Shown: positions 19,239 to 29,650, counted from the first letter of the stretch. The stretch is 64,000 nt of DNA from an uncultured Chloroflexia bacterium (GCA_963709505.1 CAVPXC010000029.1:1530-65529); one strand, 5' to 3'. The notes: a model not told the origin generated them from the sequence alone. A program made the numbers and translations.

Positions 19239-20522
19239 ATGGTCAACCAATCAACACCCACGGAAAAACAAATCGAAAGCACTTACGAACTGGCGCGTGA
19301 GCATTATGCCCTTCTAGGCGTGGACACCGACAAGGCTTTGGAGCGCTTGTCAAGCATCGCCATCAGCCTGCATTGCTGGCAGGGCGACGACGTGGGCGGC
19401 TTCGAGGCCCCTGGCGGCGAGCTAGGCGGCGGCCTGGCCGCCACCGGCAACTACCCGGGCAAGGCCCGCACCGCCGATGAGCTGCGCCAGGACCTCGACA
19501 CCACTTACGGCCTGATCCCCGGCAAGCATCGCCTGAATCTGCATGCTATCTACGCTGAAACCGGCGGCAAGCCGGTCGAGCGCACCCAGCTACGGCCGGA
19601 GCACTTCAGCCGCTGGGTGGACTGGGCCAAGGCTAACGGCCACGGCCTCGACTTCAACCCGACCTGCTTCTCGCATCCACTGGCCGCCAGCGGCTTTACG
19701 CTGGCAAGCTACGACCAGGGCATCCGTCATTTCTGGATCGAACACTGCATCGCCAGCCGTAAGATCGGCGAGAGCTTTGGGCGGGCGCTCGGCACGCCGT
19801 GCGTGACTAACGTCTGGATCCCGGACGGGCTCAAGGATACTCCGGTGGACCGCAAGACGCCGCGCGAGCTGCTGAAGCGGTCGCTGGATGCGGTTTTCGC
19901 CGAGAAAATCGACCCGCGCGCAAATCTGGACGCGGTGGAGGGCAAGCTCTTCGGGTTGGGCTCCGAGGCCTACGTGGTGGGCTCGCACGAGTTCTACCTG
20001 GGCTATGCCATCACACATGACGTGCTACTGACGCTGGATAGCGGCCATTTTCACCCCACGGAGACGATCGCCGATAAGCTGTCGGCGGTGTTGATGTACG
20101 TCGACGAAGTGCTGCTGCACGTCAGCCGCGGTGTGCGCTGGGACAGCGACCACGTCGTGATCCTGTCCGACGAGTTGCAGTCGATCATGCAGGAGCTCGT
20201 GCGCGGGGATTACCTGGGCCGCGTGCACATTGGACTGGACTATTTTGATGCCAGCATCAACCGTGTGGCCGCCTGGGCCGTGGGCACGCGCAACGCGCTG
20301 CGGGCTCTACTCATCGCGCTGTTGGAGCCGATCGACTCGATGCGGGCGCTCGAGGTCGCGGGCGACTATACCTCGCGCCTGGCCCTGCTTGAGGAGCTCA
20401 AAGGCCTGCCCTTCGGTGCGGTGTGGGACTATCACTGCCTGAAGCAGCATGTGCCGATCGGAATGGCTTTTATGAACGAAATCAAGGCTTATGAGGCGGC
20501 TGTGCTTTCAAAGCGCGGTTAG
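19239..20522 (+). CDS. rhaA: L-rhamnose isomerase
   Basis: [90 protein letters not shown]. Confidence 0.96.
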   Translation: MVNQSTPTEKQIESTYELAREHYALLGVDTDKALERLSSIAISLHCWQGDDVGGFEAPGGELGGGLAATGNYPGKARTADELRQDLDTTYGLIPGKHRLNLHAIYAETGGKPVERTQLRPEHFSRWVDWAKANGHGLDFNPTCFSHPLAASGFTLASYDQGIRHFWIEHCIASRKIGESFGRALGTPCVTNVWIPDGLKDTPVDRKTPRELLKRSLDAVFAEKIDPRANLDAVEGKLFGLGSEAYVVGSHEFYLGYAITHDVLLTLDSGHFHPTETIADKLSAVLMYVDEVLLHVSRGVRWDSDHVVILSDELQSIMQELVRGDYLGRVHIGLDYFDASINRVAAWAVGTRNALRALLIALLEPIDSMRALEVAGDYTSRLALLEELKGLPFGAVWDYHCLKQHVPIGMAFMNEIKAYEAAVLSKRG

Positions 20523-20527
20523 TGAGG

Positions 20528-20593
20528 CAGACAGTGAACAGCGTACAGTCAACAGCAGACAAATCAAACTCGTTGCCATTCACTGTGCACTGT
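20528..20593. repeat. Degenerate ACAGTGA / CACTGT heptamer inverted cluster
   Basis: GACAGTGAACAG..ACAGTCAACAG then CACTGTGCACTGTC; same family as 25043-25130. Confidence 0.55.
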
Positions 20594-20613
20594 CTTAGCC
20601 ACTAAAAACCTTG

Positions 20614-20853
20614 GTGAGCGTGGGTCGAGTAGGTCCTGGCGGCGCACTATCGAAATGTTCAGTATTCAAAGCAGACTCACATCAGCCGAGACTCGCCGCC
20701 AGGACCGTACTCGAGACCCCTTGAATATGCTATCGCGTCGAGGATCACGGGTCTCGATACGGGTCTGGCGGCAGTTGTCGATAGCTGGAAGCAGTGGGTG
20801 CTCAAGTTGATCTTCGGTAAGACGCCGCCAGACCCTACTCGACCCACGATCAC
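20614..20853. repeat. Inverted doublet of the GGTCGAGTAG..CGTATCGAGACCC element with long internal stems
   Basis: Unit 1 GGGTCGAGTAG-GTCCTGGCGGCG..CGCCGCCAGGAC-CGTACTCGAGACCC; unit 2 inverted GGGTCTCGATACG-GGTCTGGCGGC..GCCGCCAGACC-CTACTCGACCC. Confidence 0.8.
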
Positions 20854-20882
20854 GAGACACCGCACCACTGGAGATTTATCCT

Positions 20883-21648
20883 ATGAACAACAATGACGCC
20901 CTATCGCAACTCGTCGCCCTTTCCCGTTCCCTGGGCGAGCCTGCGAGAGACTATGTGATTCTCGGCGAGGGCAACACCTCGGCCCGAGCCGACGAGACGA
21001 CCTTCTGGGTGAAGGCCAGCGGCACCGAGTTGCGTACGATCGGTGCAGAAGGCTTTGTGCGGGTCGCTTTCGACCGCGTGCAAGCAATGCTCGACGGGCC
21101 GGATCTCGGCGACGAGGAGACCCGACAGGCACTGCAAGCTGCTAAAGTCGATCCTGAAACGCCGGGCCATCCGTCGGTAGAGACCGTGCTGCACGCACTG
21201 TGCCTGCAGCTGCCGGGCATCCATTTCGTCGGTCACACGCACCCGACTGCCATCAACATGATCACTTGCTCGCAGGCGTTGGAGACGGCGGTCAACGGTA
21301 GGTTGTTTCCTGACGAGATCGTGGTGTGCGGACCGGCGACGGTCGTCGTCCCCTACACCGATCCGGGCTTGCCGCTGGCGCGCGAGGTACAGCGGCGCAT
21401 TGCCGACTACATTGAGATCCACGACGAGATCCCGAAGACGATCTTGATGCAAAACCATGGGTTTATCGCCCTCGGCGCGTCGTCGCGCCAGGTCGAGAAC
21501 ATCACTGCCATGGCGGTCAAGGCGGCGACGGATCCTCGTCGGGGCCTACGCGCTTGGCGGCCCTCGTTTTATGACCCCCCAGGCGGTGGCGCGCATCCAT
21601 ACTCGCCCCGACGAGCACTATCGCCAGCGGGCGCTGGGCCAGAGGTAA
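20883..21648 (+). CDS. Class II aldolase/adducin family protein (RhaD-like); frameshift near 21530
   Basis: [32 protein letters not shown]; true end [23 protein letters not shown] is in ORF 21457-21648. Confidence 0.82.
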
Positions 21649-21656
21649 TCGAACTC

Positions 21657-23012
21657 ATGGAAAATTCCCTGATCGAGGCGTTGGAAGCTAGGTTGAACGA
21701 ATTCGATCCCGCCACGCGTGCGGCCGCGCTGAACGAATTGGCGATACTGGCTGATGCAGGCGAGATTCAGTGTTCGGCTCCGGCCGATGTGGCCAACATG
21801 CATTGCCACACGTTCTTCTCCTACAATGCCTACGGCTATTCACCCAGCGGTCTGGCTTGGCTCGGCCGTCGCAACGGCACCAGGTTGATGGGGATCGTCG
21901 ACTTCGATGTGCTCGACGGAGTCGACGAGTTTCTAACCGCCTGTGACTTGGTAGGCGTGCGCGGCAGTGCCGGCGTCGAAACTCGAGCCTATGTGCCGGA
22001 ATTTGCCACGCGTGAGATCAACTCGCCGGGCGAGCCGGGCATCACTTATCACATGGGCATTGGCTTCACCTCCAGCGCCATCCCCGCCGAGGTTGCCGGT
22101 ATCGCTGCGAGCCTGCGCAAACGGGCCCGCGAACGCAACCTTGGCGTGATGGCGCGCGTCAACGCCTATCTCGACCCGGTGGTCATCGACTATGAAGCCG
22201 ACGTGCTCCCGCTGACCCCAGCCGGAACCGCCACCGAGCGTCATATGGTCCTGGCCTACGTACGCGCGGCGCAGCGAACCAACCATGACCCCGTGGGCTT
22301 TTGGGCCGAGAAGTTGGGCATGAGCCGTGACGACGTACAACGCATGATCGGCAAGACGGGCGAGGCGCCGGCCTTTCAGAACCTGGTACGCAGCAAGCTG
22401 ATGAAGCAGGGCGGAGTGGGGTACGTCCTACCCAGCCCAGAAAGCTTCCCCGGTATTGCGGAGTTTCACCGCTTGATCGCGGCTTGCGATGCCCTGCCCT
22501 GCATCACCTGGCTTGACGGCACATCGCCCGGCGAGCAGGCAATGGAAGAGCTGGCGGAGCTGCTGATCGGCGAGGGATGTGTGACCATGAATATCATACC
22601 GGATCGCAATTGGAACATCGTCGATCCGGCCGTGAAGCAGGACAAGCTTCAAAGGCTGATTGAGGTCGTCCAGTTGGCGCAGGCACTGGATTTGCCGATC
22701 AACGTCGGCACCGAGATGAACAGCTTCGGCAACAAGCGCATCGACGACTTCAACGCGCCGGAGCTGGCGCCGATGCGCAAACAGTTCATGGACGGCGCCT
22801 ATTTCATTTACGGCCACACCGTCATGCAACGAGCGGCCGGGCTGGGCTATCAGAGCATGTGGGCGAGAGTATACCTGCCAGGGCGCCGTGAACGCAATGC
22901 CTTCTATACACAGATGGGCGCTCTGGTCCCGCCCGGTCCACAGGGCCTGAGCCGGCTGGCCGCCCTATCTGTCGAGATGACACCCGTTGATATGCTGAGA
23001 CAACTGGCCTAG
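21657..23012 (+). CDS. PHP-like metal-dependent phosphoesterase domain protein
   Basis: NMHCHTFFSY (HxH), IVDFDVLDG, GVE, YHMG, TERH, GTE; own RBS (GAGGT) and ATG. Confidence 0.65.
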   Translation: MENSLIEALEARLNEFDPATRAAALNELAILADAGEIQCSAPADVANMHCHTFFSYNAYGYSPSGLAWLGRRNGTRLMGIVDFDVLDGVDEFLTACDLVGVRGSAGVETRAYVPEFATREINSPGEPGITYHMGIGFTSSAIPAEVAGIAASLRKRARERNLGVMARVNAYLDPVVIDYEADVLPLTPAGTATERHMVLAYVRAAQRTNHDPVGFWAEKLGMSRDDVQRMIGKTGEAPAFQNLVRSKLMKQGGVGYVLPSPESFPGIAEFHRLIAACDALPCITWLDGTSPGEQAMEELAELLIGEGCVTMNIIPDRNWNIVDPAVKQDKLQRLIEVVQLAQALDLPINVGTEMNSFGNKRIDDFNAPELAPMRKQFMDGAYFIYGHTVMQRAAGLGYQSMWARVYLPGRRERNAFYTQMGALVPPGPQGLSRLAALSVEMTPVDMLRQLA

Positions 23013-23027
23013 CACCGTACTACACAC

Positions 23028-23201
23028 AGTGTTTTGTTAAGCAAAAAGTTGTGAGTGTCATCTCTTTGTAACTCGTGACCCGTCATTCCTGCGAAAGCAG
23101 GAATCCATCCGGCTGGTGGTCAATACGAGCTTGCCAGATGGATTCCTGCTTTCGCAGGAATGACGGGTCGCAGCTACCAAACTTCAACCTAACAGAGCAC
23201 T
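23028..23201. mobile_element. MITE-like element: imperfect 14-bp outer inverted repeats around a CGTC-type REP doublet
   Basis: AGTGTTTTGTTAAG (23028-23041) / CCTAACAGAGCACT (23188-23201); inner 33-bp arms GACCCGTCATTCCTGCGAAAGCAGGAATCCATC at 23077-23109 and 23137-23169. Confidence 0.65.
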
Positions 23202-23244
23202 CAGGACGATACAGATCGATCTTAATCAAAAACAAGGAACCCTC

Positions 23245-25042
23245 ATGAACGACAAACTAACTGATTTCCGCCACGCCGAAGCGCCGCTGCCTGCAGAGAA
23301 CCACCTTTGGCCGCTGTACGGCGCCGGCTTCGAAAACCTGGGTCTGAACGGCCAACCGATCGATGTCCCGATGCCGGCCTACGGCCCCGACGAATTGCTC
23401 GTGCGGCATGATGCCTGCGGCTTGTGCTTCTCCGACATCAAGATCATCAAGCTGGGCGAAGAGCACCCGCGCATCTACCGCAAAATGGCTGAAAACCCGG
23501 TGGTGCTGGGCCACGAGATCGCCATGACCGTGGTCGGTGTGGGCGAGAATCTCAAGGACCAGTATCATATCGGCGACCGCTTCACTATCCAGGCGGACGT
23601 TTTCGTCGGCGGTATCGGCTACGCCTACGGCTATGAAATCCAAGGCGGCCTGTCGCAGTACAACGTCATCGACCAGCGGGTGCTCCACGGCGACGACGGC
23701 AACTATCTGCTCAAGGTCAAGCCCACCACCGGCTACGCCGAGAGCGCGTTAACCGAGCCTTGGGCCTGTGTCACCGCAGCCTACGGGTTGACCTATCGCA
23801 CCGGGCTGAAGGCGGGCGGGACGACGTGGGTCGTTGGAGTCCCCAACCCCTCCCCCGGCCCCTCCCCTAGGAGGAGAGGGGGGAGAGGGGGAGGAGAGGG
23901 GGAGGAGAAGGGAGCTATTCGATTAGTTCAGGGTTTGATGAGGAGTCGCATCCGGCTCGCCTGTTGCTGAGCGGCGTGCCGCAGCCGTTTGATGCGTGGC
24001 TGCGAGAGCGGGCGGCAGCGCTTGGCGTCGAGGTGATCGACGTCCCCGACGTGACTGCACCCCCGGTGCAGCTCGTCGACGACATCGTCTTGCTGAACCC
24101 CAACCCGGACCTGATCGAAACGGTCAGCCCGTGGCTGGACCAATTTGGCGTTGTGGCCTTGATCGGAAGCCAGCCATTGTCACGCAAGGCAAACGTTGAC
24201 ATCGGCCGCGTGCACTACAACAGGTGGGTATACGTCGGCGGGCAAAGCGCAGATATCGCGCGTGCGTACGGCGATTTACCCGTTCGATCCGCGTTGCGAC
24301 CTGGCGGGCGGGCCTGGTTCGTCGGCGCAGCCGGGCCGATGGGCCGCATGCACGTCCAACGGGCAATCCAGATGGCCGGCAGTCCGAGCGTGATCGTCTG
24401 CACCGACGTCAGCGACCTGCGGCTCGACGATCTGAAAGTGTCCTACGAGGCCGAGGCTGAGGCAAAAGGTATCGAGTTCATTTGTGTCAACCCGATGAAC
24501 AAAACAGCCTACACGAGCTCTTAGCTCGTTTCGCCCCTCCCCCTTCCGAGGGGGGAGGCCGGGAGGGGGGTGGTTTTGACGACATCGTCGTTCTCGCGCC
24601 CGTACCGGTAGTCATTGCCGAGGCTGCACCGTATTTGGCGGCCAAAGGTGTGATGAACGTCTTTGCCGGTGTGGCGCGCGGTACCGTGACCCAGCTCGAT
24701 CTGAGCGATGCCTACATGAAGGATGCGCGTGTCATCGGCCATTCGGCCTCTACCATCGACGACCTGCGCCTGATGCTGCACCAAGCCGAATCTGGCCAGC
24801 TCTCGCCCAATCGTTCGGTAGCCGCGATCGGCTCGCTCGACGCAGCGCGCGACGGCTTGGTCGCCGTGCGTGATACGGCGTTCCCCGGTAAGGTGGTCAT
24901 CTACCCGCAGATCAAGGAATTCCCACTGACCGCCCTGCCCGATCTGCACGAGAAGCTCCCCACCGTCTATGCCAAACTGATCGATGGCCGAGAGTGGACC
25001 AATGAGGCGGAGGAGGAGTTTCTTAGGTTGATGTTGGCGTAG
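23245..25042 (+). CDS. Extended zinc-dependent MDR dehydrogenase (SorE / sorbose-1-phosphate reductase-like); frameshifts near 23900 and 24515
   Basis: CGLCFSDIK, VLGHE, GGLSQY, LTEPWACV, FVGAAGPMG, GFDDIVVLAP, FPGKVVIYP across three ORFs. Confidence 0.78.
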
Positions 25043-25130
25043 TTCAGTGAACAGTGAAGAGTAAGCAGAAGGCAGTAGTGCAGAATCGCACTGTACTCAC
25101 TGTCCACTGTTCACTGTTCACTGACGACTG
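25043..25130. repeat. CAGTGAA / TTCACTG heptamer inverted cluster
   Basis: TCAGTGAACAGTGAAGAG..CACTGTCCACTGTTCACTGTTCACTGA. Confidence 0.65.
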
Positions 25131-25146
25131 ATAGGGAGTGGCAATC

Positions 25147-25938
25147 ATGCCAAGAACACTCGAAGACAAAATCGTTCTGGTAACCGGCGGCGCGCAGGGA
25201 TTGGGCGAGGCCATTTGCCATCGGCTGGCCGTCGAGGGCGCGCATGTGGTGGTGGCTGACCTCAACCTGGAGGGCGCGCAACAGGTGGCGGACGACATCG
25301 TCGCCCGAACGGATCGCCGCGCGGTCGCCGTCAAGGTCAACGTCTCGGTCGAGGCCGATGTGGAGGCTGCCGTGCAGCGCACGTTGGAGGAATTTGGCCG
25401 TATCGATATTGCCGTATCCAACGCCGGTATTCTCTTCGCCGATGCCGTGGACGAGTTCCCGGTGGAGAAGTGGCGGGCCGTGATTGAGGTCAACCTGGTG
25501 GGCTACTTCTTGCTGGCTAAGCACGTCACCCGCGTATTCAAACAGCAGCGCAGCGGCGTGCTGATCCAGATCAACTCCAAGTCGGGCAAGAAGGGCAGCT
25601 TCAAGAGTTCGGCCTACGCCGCCAGCAAATTCGGCGGCATCGGCCTGACCCAGAGCGTCGCGCTTGAATTGGCCGAGTACAACGCGCGCGCTAACGCCAT
25701 CTGCCCCGGCAATCTCTTGGATTCGCCGCTGTGGGTCAACTCGCTGTACAAGCAGTATGCAAAGAAATGGGACATCACCGAGGCGGAAGTGCGCCAACGC
25801 TACATCGACCAGGTGCCAATGAAACGCGGCTGCACCTACACCGACGTCACCAACGTCCTGATCTTTCTGGCCTCGGATCAGTCGAGCTACATGACTGGCC
25901 AGGCGATCAATGTGACGGGTGGGCAGCAGATGAATTGA
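25147..25938 (+). CDS. srlD: SDR oxidoreductase, sorbitol-6-phosphate 2-dehydrogenase-like
   Basis: TGGAQGLG, INSKSGKKGSFKSSAYAASKFGGIGLTQS, GNLLDSPLW..LYKQYA..YIDQVPMKRGC. Confidence 0.8.
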   Translation: MPRTLEDKIVLVTGGAQGLGEAICHRLAVEGAHVVVADLNLEGAQQVADDIVARTDRRAVAVKVNVSVEADVEAAVQRTLEEFGRIDIAVSNAGILFADAVDEFPVEKWRAVIEVNLVGYFLLAKHVTRVFKQQRSGVLIQINSKSGKKGSFKSSAYAASKFGGIGLTQSVALELAEYNARANAICPGNLLDSPLWVNSLYKQYAKKWDITEAEVRQRYIDQVPMKRGCTYTDVTNVLIFLASDQSSYMTGQAINVTGGQQMN

Positions 25939-25975
25939 CAATTGACAATTGACAATTGACAATTGACAATTGACA
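25934..25975. repeat. (ATTGACA)x6 perfect heptamer tandem repeat
   Basis: Read directly; the first unit contains the SDR stop codon. Confidence 0.95.
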
Positions 25976-25992
25976 ATTCGGAGGTGGTTGGA

Positions 25993-27791
25993 ATGCCGGA
26001 TAAGCTGGCGAAGTATCGAGGGCGGATGGACCGTTGCCGGAGCGGCAGAGCCTCTGGCCGTTGTACGGCGTTGGGTTCGAGAGCCTGGGACGCGACGGAC
26101 GGCCGGTCGAGGCGCCGATGCCGGCGTTTGGGCCGGACGAGCTACTGGTGCGGCACGACGCGTGCGGTATCTGCTACTCGGATGTCAAGGTCATTCGCGC
26201 GGGCGGCGAGCATCCGCGACTGTACGGGCGTGATCTCAGTAAAGAGCCGGTGGTGTTGGGCCACGAGGTCACGCTGACGGTGGTTGGCGTGGGCGAGGAG
26301 CTGCGCGATCAGTATGCGGTGGGGCAGCGTTATGCCGTCCAGGCCGAGATCTACTACCACGGGCGGAATTTGTCCTATGGCTACATGATCCAGGGCGGCA
26401 TGTCGCAATACAACGTGTTGGGCACCGAAGTGCTACGCGGCGACCATGGCTCGTATCTAATCCCCGTGCAGGCAAGTACGGGCTATGCCGAGGCCGCTCT
26501 GACCGAGCCCTGGGCCTGCGTCGAGGCGGCGTACAATATCCATTATCGGCAGGGGATGCGTCATCGAGGTATTGCCTGGTTTTTGGGGGGTACTATAGGA
26601 CAAATCCGCTCCGGGACTGACGTTGGCAATTTGTCCTACAGTCTTAGCCGCGGCTTCGATCGGCTGTCGCATCCCGATATCGTGCTGCTCACCGATGTCC
26701 CACAGCCGTTTGGCAATTGGCTCAAGGAACGATCTGCTGCGCTGGGCGTTGAGGTCATTGAGCGCAATGGGCTGACACCTGCCCAATACGGCACGGCCTG
26801 GGCGGATATCACCCCCTGCGGTACGGGTTCTGGCGAGGGAATTCGACGACGTGATCATATGCTTGGGCCGGCCAGCAGCCATGCCATCTCGGCGGCTTTC
26901 TGCACGCTTGCGCGCGGCGGCATCCTCAACCTGGTAAGCGATCTGCCCTTGCCGCAGCGAGTCGCAATTGACACCGGCTGGCTGCATTACGATCACATGA
27001 CCATCGTCGGCGGACGCGGGCCGGACATCGCCGCGTCGTATTTACCCGTACGCTCGATGCTGCGATCGGGCGGCCTGCTTTGGCTGATGGGCGCCGCCGG
27101 ACCCATGGGGCAGATGCACTTACAGCGGGCGCTTGAAGTAGGCCCGCGGCCGAGGCAAATCGTGGCTACCAACCGCAGCTCGAACCGAATCGAGGCCCTG
27201 CAGGAGCGCTTTGGCGCCGCAGCCCGCAAGCACGACGTCGAGCTGATCTGCCTGACCGAGGAGGCGCTGGGGCCGGAGGAGTTTCACCGCCGCCTGTGGG
27301 AGCTGACCGACGACGAGGGTTTTGACGACATCGTCATCCTTGCGCCCAGCATTCGGGCTATCGAGGACGGCATGGCCTTCCTGGCACCGGGTGGGGTCAT
27401 GAACGTTTTTGCCGGTCTGAAACGGGGCACCGATGCCCATCTGGACCTCAACCCGATTATCGATCAGCGCCAGGTGCGGTTGGTCGGCAGCAGCGGCTCG
27501 AGCCTCGCCGACATGCGGCGCATGCTGGAGCTAACCGAGCAGGGCTGGTTATCGACCAACAGCTCCGTGGCCGCGGTCGCGGGGCTGGATGGGTTCAAGG
27601 ACGGCCTAGAGGCCGTCGCCGAAGGCGCTTTCCCTGGCAAGGTCATCGTCTACCCGCACATTCGCGACCTGGGCTTGACGTCGCTCGCGGAGCTGAGGGA
27701 CCGGCTGCCCACCGTTTTTGCCCGGCTTGCCCAGGATGGCGTGTGGACGAAGGAAGCTGAGCAGGAGCTGTTGAGGATGATGGTGAAGTAG
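25993..27791 (+). CDS. Extended zinc-dependent MDR dehydrogenase, paralog of 23245-25042; frameshift near 26030
   Basis: MPDKLAKYR start after GGAGG; LWPLYG, CGICYSDVK, VLGHE, LTEPWACV, GAAGPMG, GFDDIV, FPGKVIVYP. Confidence 0.8.
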
Positions 27792-27916
27792 CGACCTCAT
27801 GGATGAAGTCAGCATTCGCAAGTTGCGCGAAACCGTCGCCAGCGGGCACACGCCAGTGGACGAGGTTCCGCAGACCCTAGGTGTTTTGTCGTACGACCGT
27901 CACAAAGAGGAAGTCA

Positions 27917-28885
27917 ATGTCTAACAAACTCATCACCTTGGCCGAGGCGGCCGCTCTCGTCCCAGACGGCGCCACTATCTCCTTTGGCGGGTTTACCGTC
28001 CAGCGTCACCCGATGGCTTTTGTCTACGAGTTGATCCGGCTGCGCCGCCGCAACCTCTACCTGTTCGGCCACTCCGGCGGCAGCGATTGGGACATCCTGA
28101 TCGGCGCCGGCTGTGTCAAACGGGTCGAGGCAGCCTATGTGGCCGACGAGGCCTTTGGCACGATCGGGCCGCGTTGGCGCCAGGCCGTCCAGCGCGGCGA
28201 CATCGAATGGGAGGACTACAGCAATTTCGCCATGGTCTCCCGCTTCACGGCCGGCGCGATGGGGCTGCCCTTTATGCCGACGCGCAGTCTGTTGGGCAGC
28301 GACGTGCTGGCGAAGGACTCGCTCTCGCCCGAGCAGCGCGCTGCGGATCCGCGTACGGCCTCAAAAAAAGCACACGTCATGGCGTCACCCTTCGACCCTG
28401 ACGACCAGGTGGTGTTGCTCCCCGCTATCCACACCGACTTCACCGTGCTACACGTGCAAAAGGCCACGCCCAGCGGGGTCATTCGAATTGAGGGACAGAC
28501 CTTCGCCGATTTCGAGCAGGCGCTCTGCGCCGACGTGTTGGTCGTCACCGCCGAGGAGATCGTTCCGGAAGAGACTCTTCGTCTCGAGGCGGAGCGAAAC
28601 CGGGTACCCTACTTTGCCGTGCGCCACGTGTGTCACGTGCCGTTCGGCGCACACCCGTTCGCGGTGTACCGTTACTATGACTACGATCCCTGGCAGCTCA
28701 AACGCTACCACGCGGCAGCCGCAAACGACGCAGCGTTCCAGGAATACCTTGATACGTATGTGTACAGCGTTCCGGATCATGCATCGTACCTGACGGCCAT
28801 TGGCGGCCCGGCGCGACTGAGCGCGCTGCAGGCCGATCCGATTCTGGGTTACAGCCCCACCATGCCCCGCAGGAGGCTCGACTGA
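27917..28885 (+). CDS. Family I CoA-transferase subunit A (glutaconate CoA-transferase-like)
   Basis: KLITLAEAA..GGF..RHPMAFVYELIR, RFTAGAMGLPFMPTRSLLGSD, PFGAHP..YYDYD. Confidence 0.85.
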   Translation: MSNKLITLAEAAALVPDGATISFGGFTVQRHPMAFVYELIRLRRRNLYLFGHSGGSDWDILIGAGCVKRVEAAYVADEAFGTIGPRWRQAVQRGDIEWEDYSNFAMVSRFTAGAMGLPFMPTRSLLGSDVLAKDSLSPEQRAADPRTASKKAHVMASPFDPDDQVVLLPAIHTDFTVLHVQKATPSGVIRIEGQTFADFEQALCADVLVVTAEEIVPEETLRLEAERNRVPYFAVRHVCHVPFGAHPFAVYRYYDYDPWQLKRYHAAAANDAAFQEYLDTYVYSVPDHASYLTAIGGPARLSALQADPILGYSPTMPRRRLD

Positions 28886-29650
28886 TGCCAGAATACACGT
28901 TGACGGAATTGATGGCCGTTGCCGCGGCGCGCGAGATTGGCGACCGCGAGATCGTGTTTGCAGGCACCGGCCTGCCGATGTTGGGCGCGATGCTGGCGCA
29001 ACAAACCCACGCGCCCAACTGCTGCATCATCTTTGAGGCAGGGGCCATGGCCAGCCAGCTCGAGCACCTGCCCATGTCGGTTGGCGACCCGCGCACGCTG
29101 CGCGGTGCAGCGACCGCCGCCGGGCTGAGTGAGATCTTTGCCTACACGTTGCAGTCCGGCCGGGTGGACGTCGGCTTTATCAGCGGCGCGCAGATCGACC
29201 GCTATGGCAATATCAACAGCACGTCCATTGGCGCCGACCACCGCCATCCCAAAGTACGCTTCCCCGGCAGCGGCGGCTCAGCCGACATCGCCTGTCTGGC
29301 GCATCGCACCGTAATCATCGCCCAGCATGAAAAGCGTCGTTTTCCCGAGCGAGTTCGACTACATCACCAGCCCCGGCTGGCTGGAGGGTGGCGACAGCCG
29401 GCGGCAGGCCGGCTTGCGCTGGGGCGGGCCGAGCGTCGTCGTGACCACCAAGGCCGTGTTGCGTTTCCGCCCCGCCAGCAAGGAAATGTATCTCGCTAGC
29501 TACCACCCCGGTCTAACACCTCAGGCCGTGCTCGACGACACTGGCTTCCCAGTGGATGCTGCTGATGCCGTCGAGACCATCCCGCCTTCGCCGGAGGAGT
29601 TGCGCATCCTGCGAGAGAAAGTCGACCCAGAACGCATCTTCTTGCGCTAG
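28885..29650 (+). CDS. CoA-transferase subunit B; frameshift near 29350
   Basis: ELMAVAAAREI..FAGTGLP, IFEAG, GAQIDRYGNINST, PGSGGSAD, DYITSPG..GGPSVVVT. Confidence 0.85.

Noticed and set aside
20883-23012. 709-aa aldolase-PHP fusion in the ORF track
   Set aside because: Artefact of a frameshift near 21530: the aldolase has a natural end at 21648 and the PHP gene has its own RBS and ATG at 21657
27799-27924. 41-aa ORF (MDEVSIRKLRETVASGH..) as a relic of the missing corrinoid protein
   Set aside because: Too short, no B12-binding motif; the resemblance to a cap helix is not distinguishable from chance
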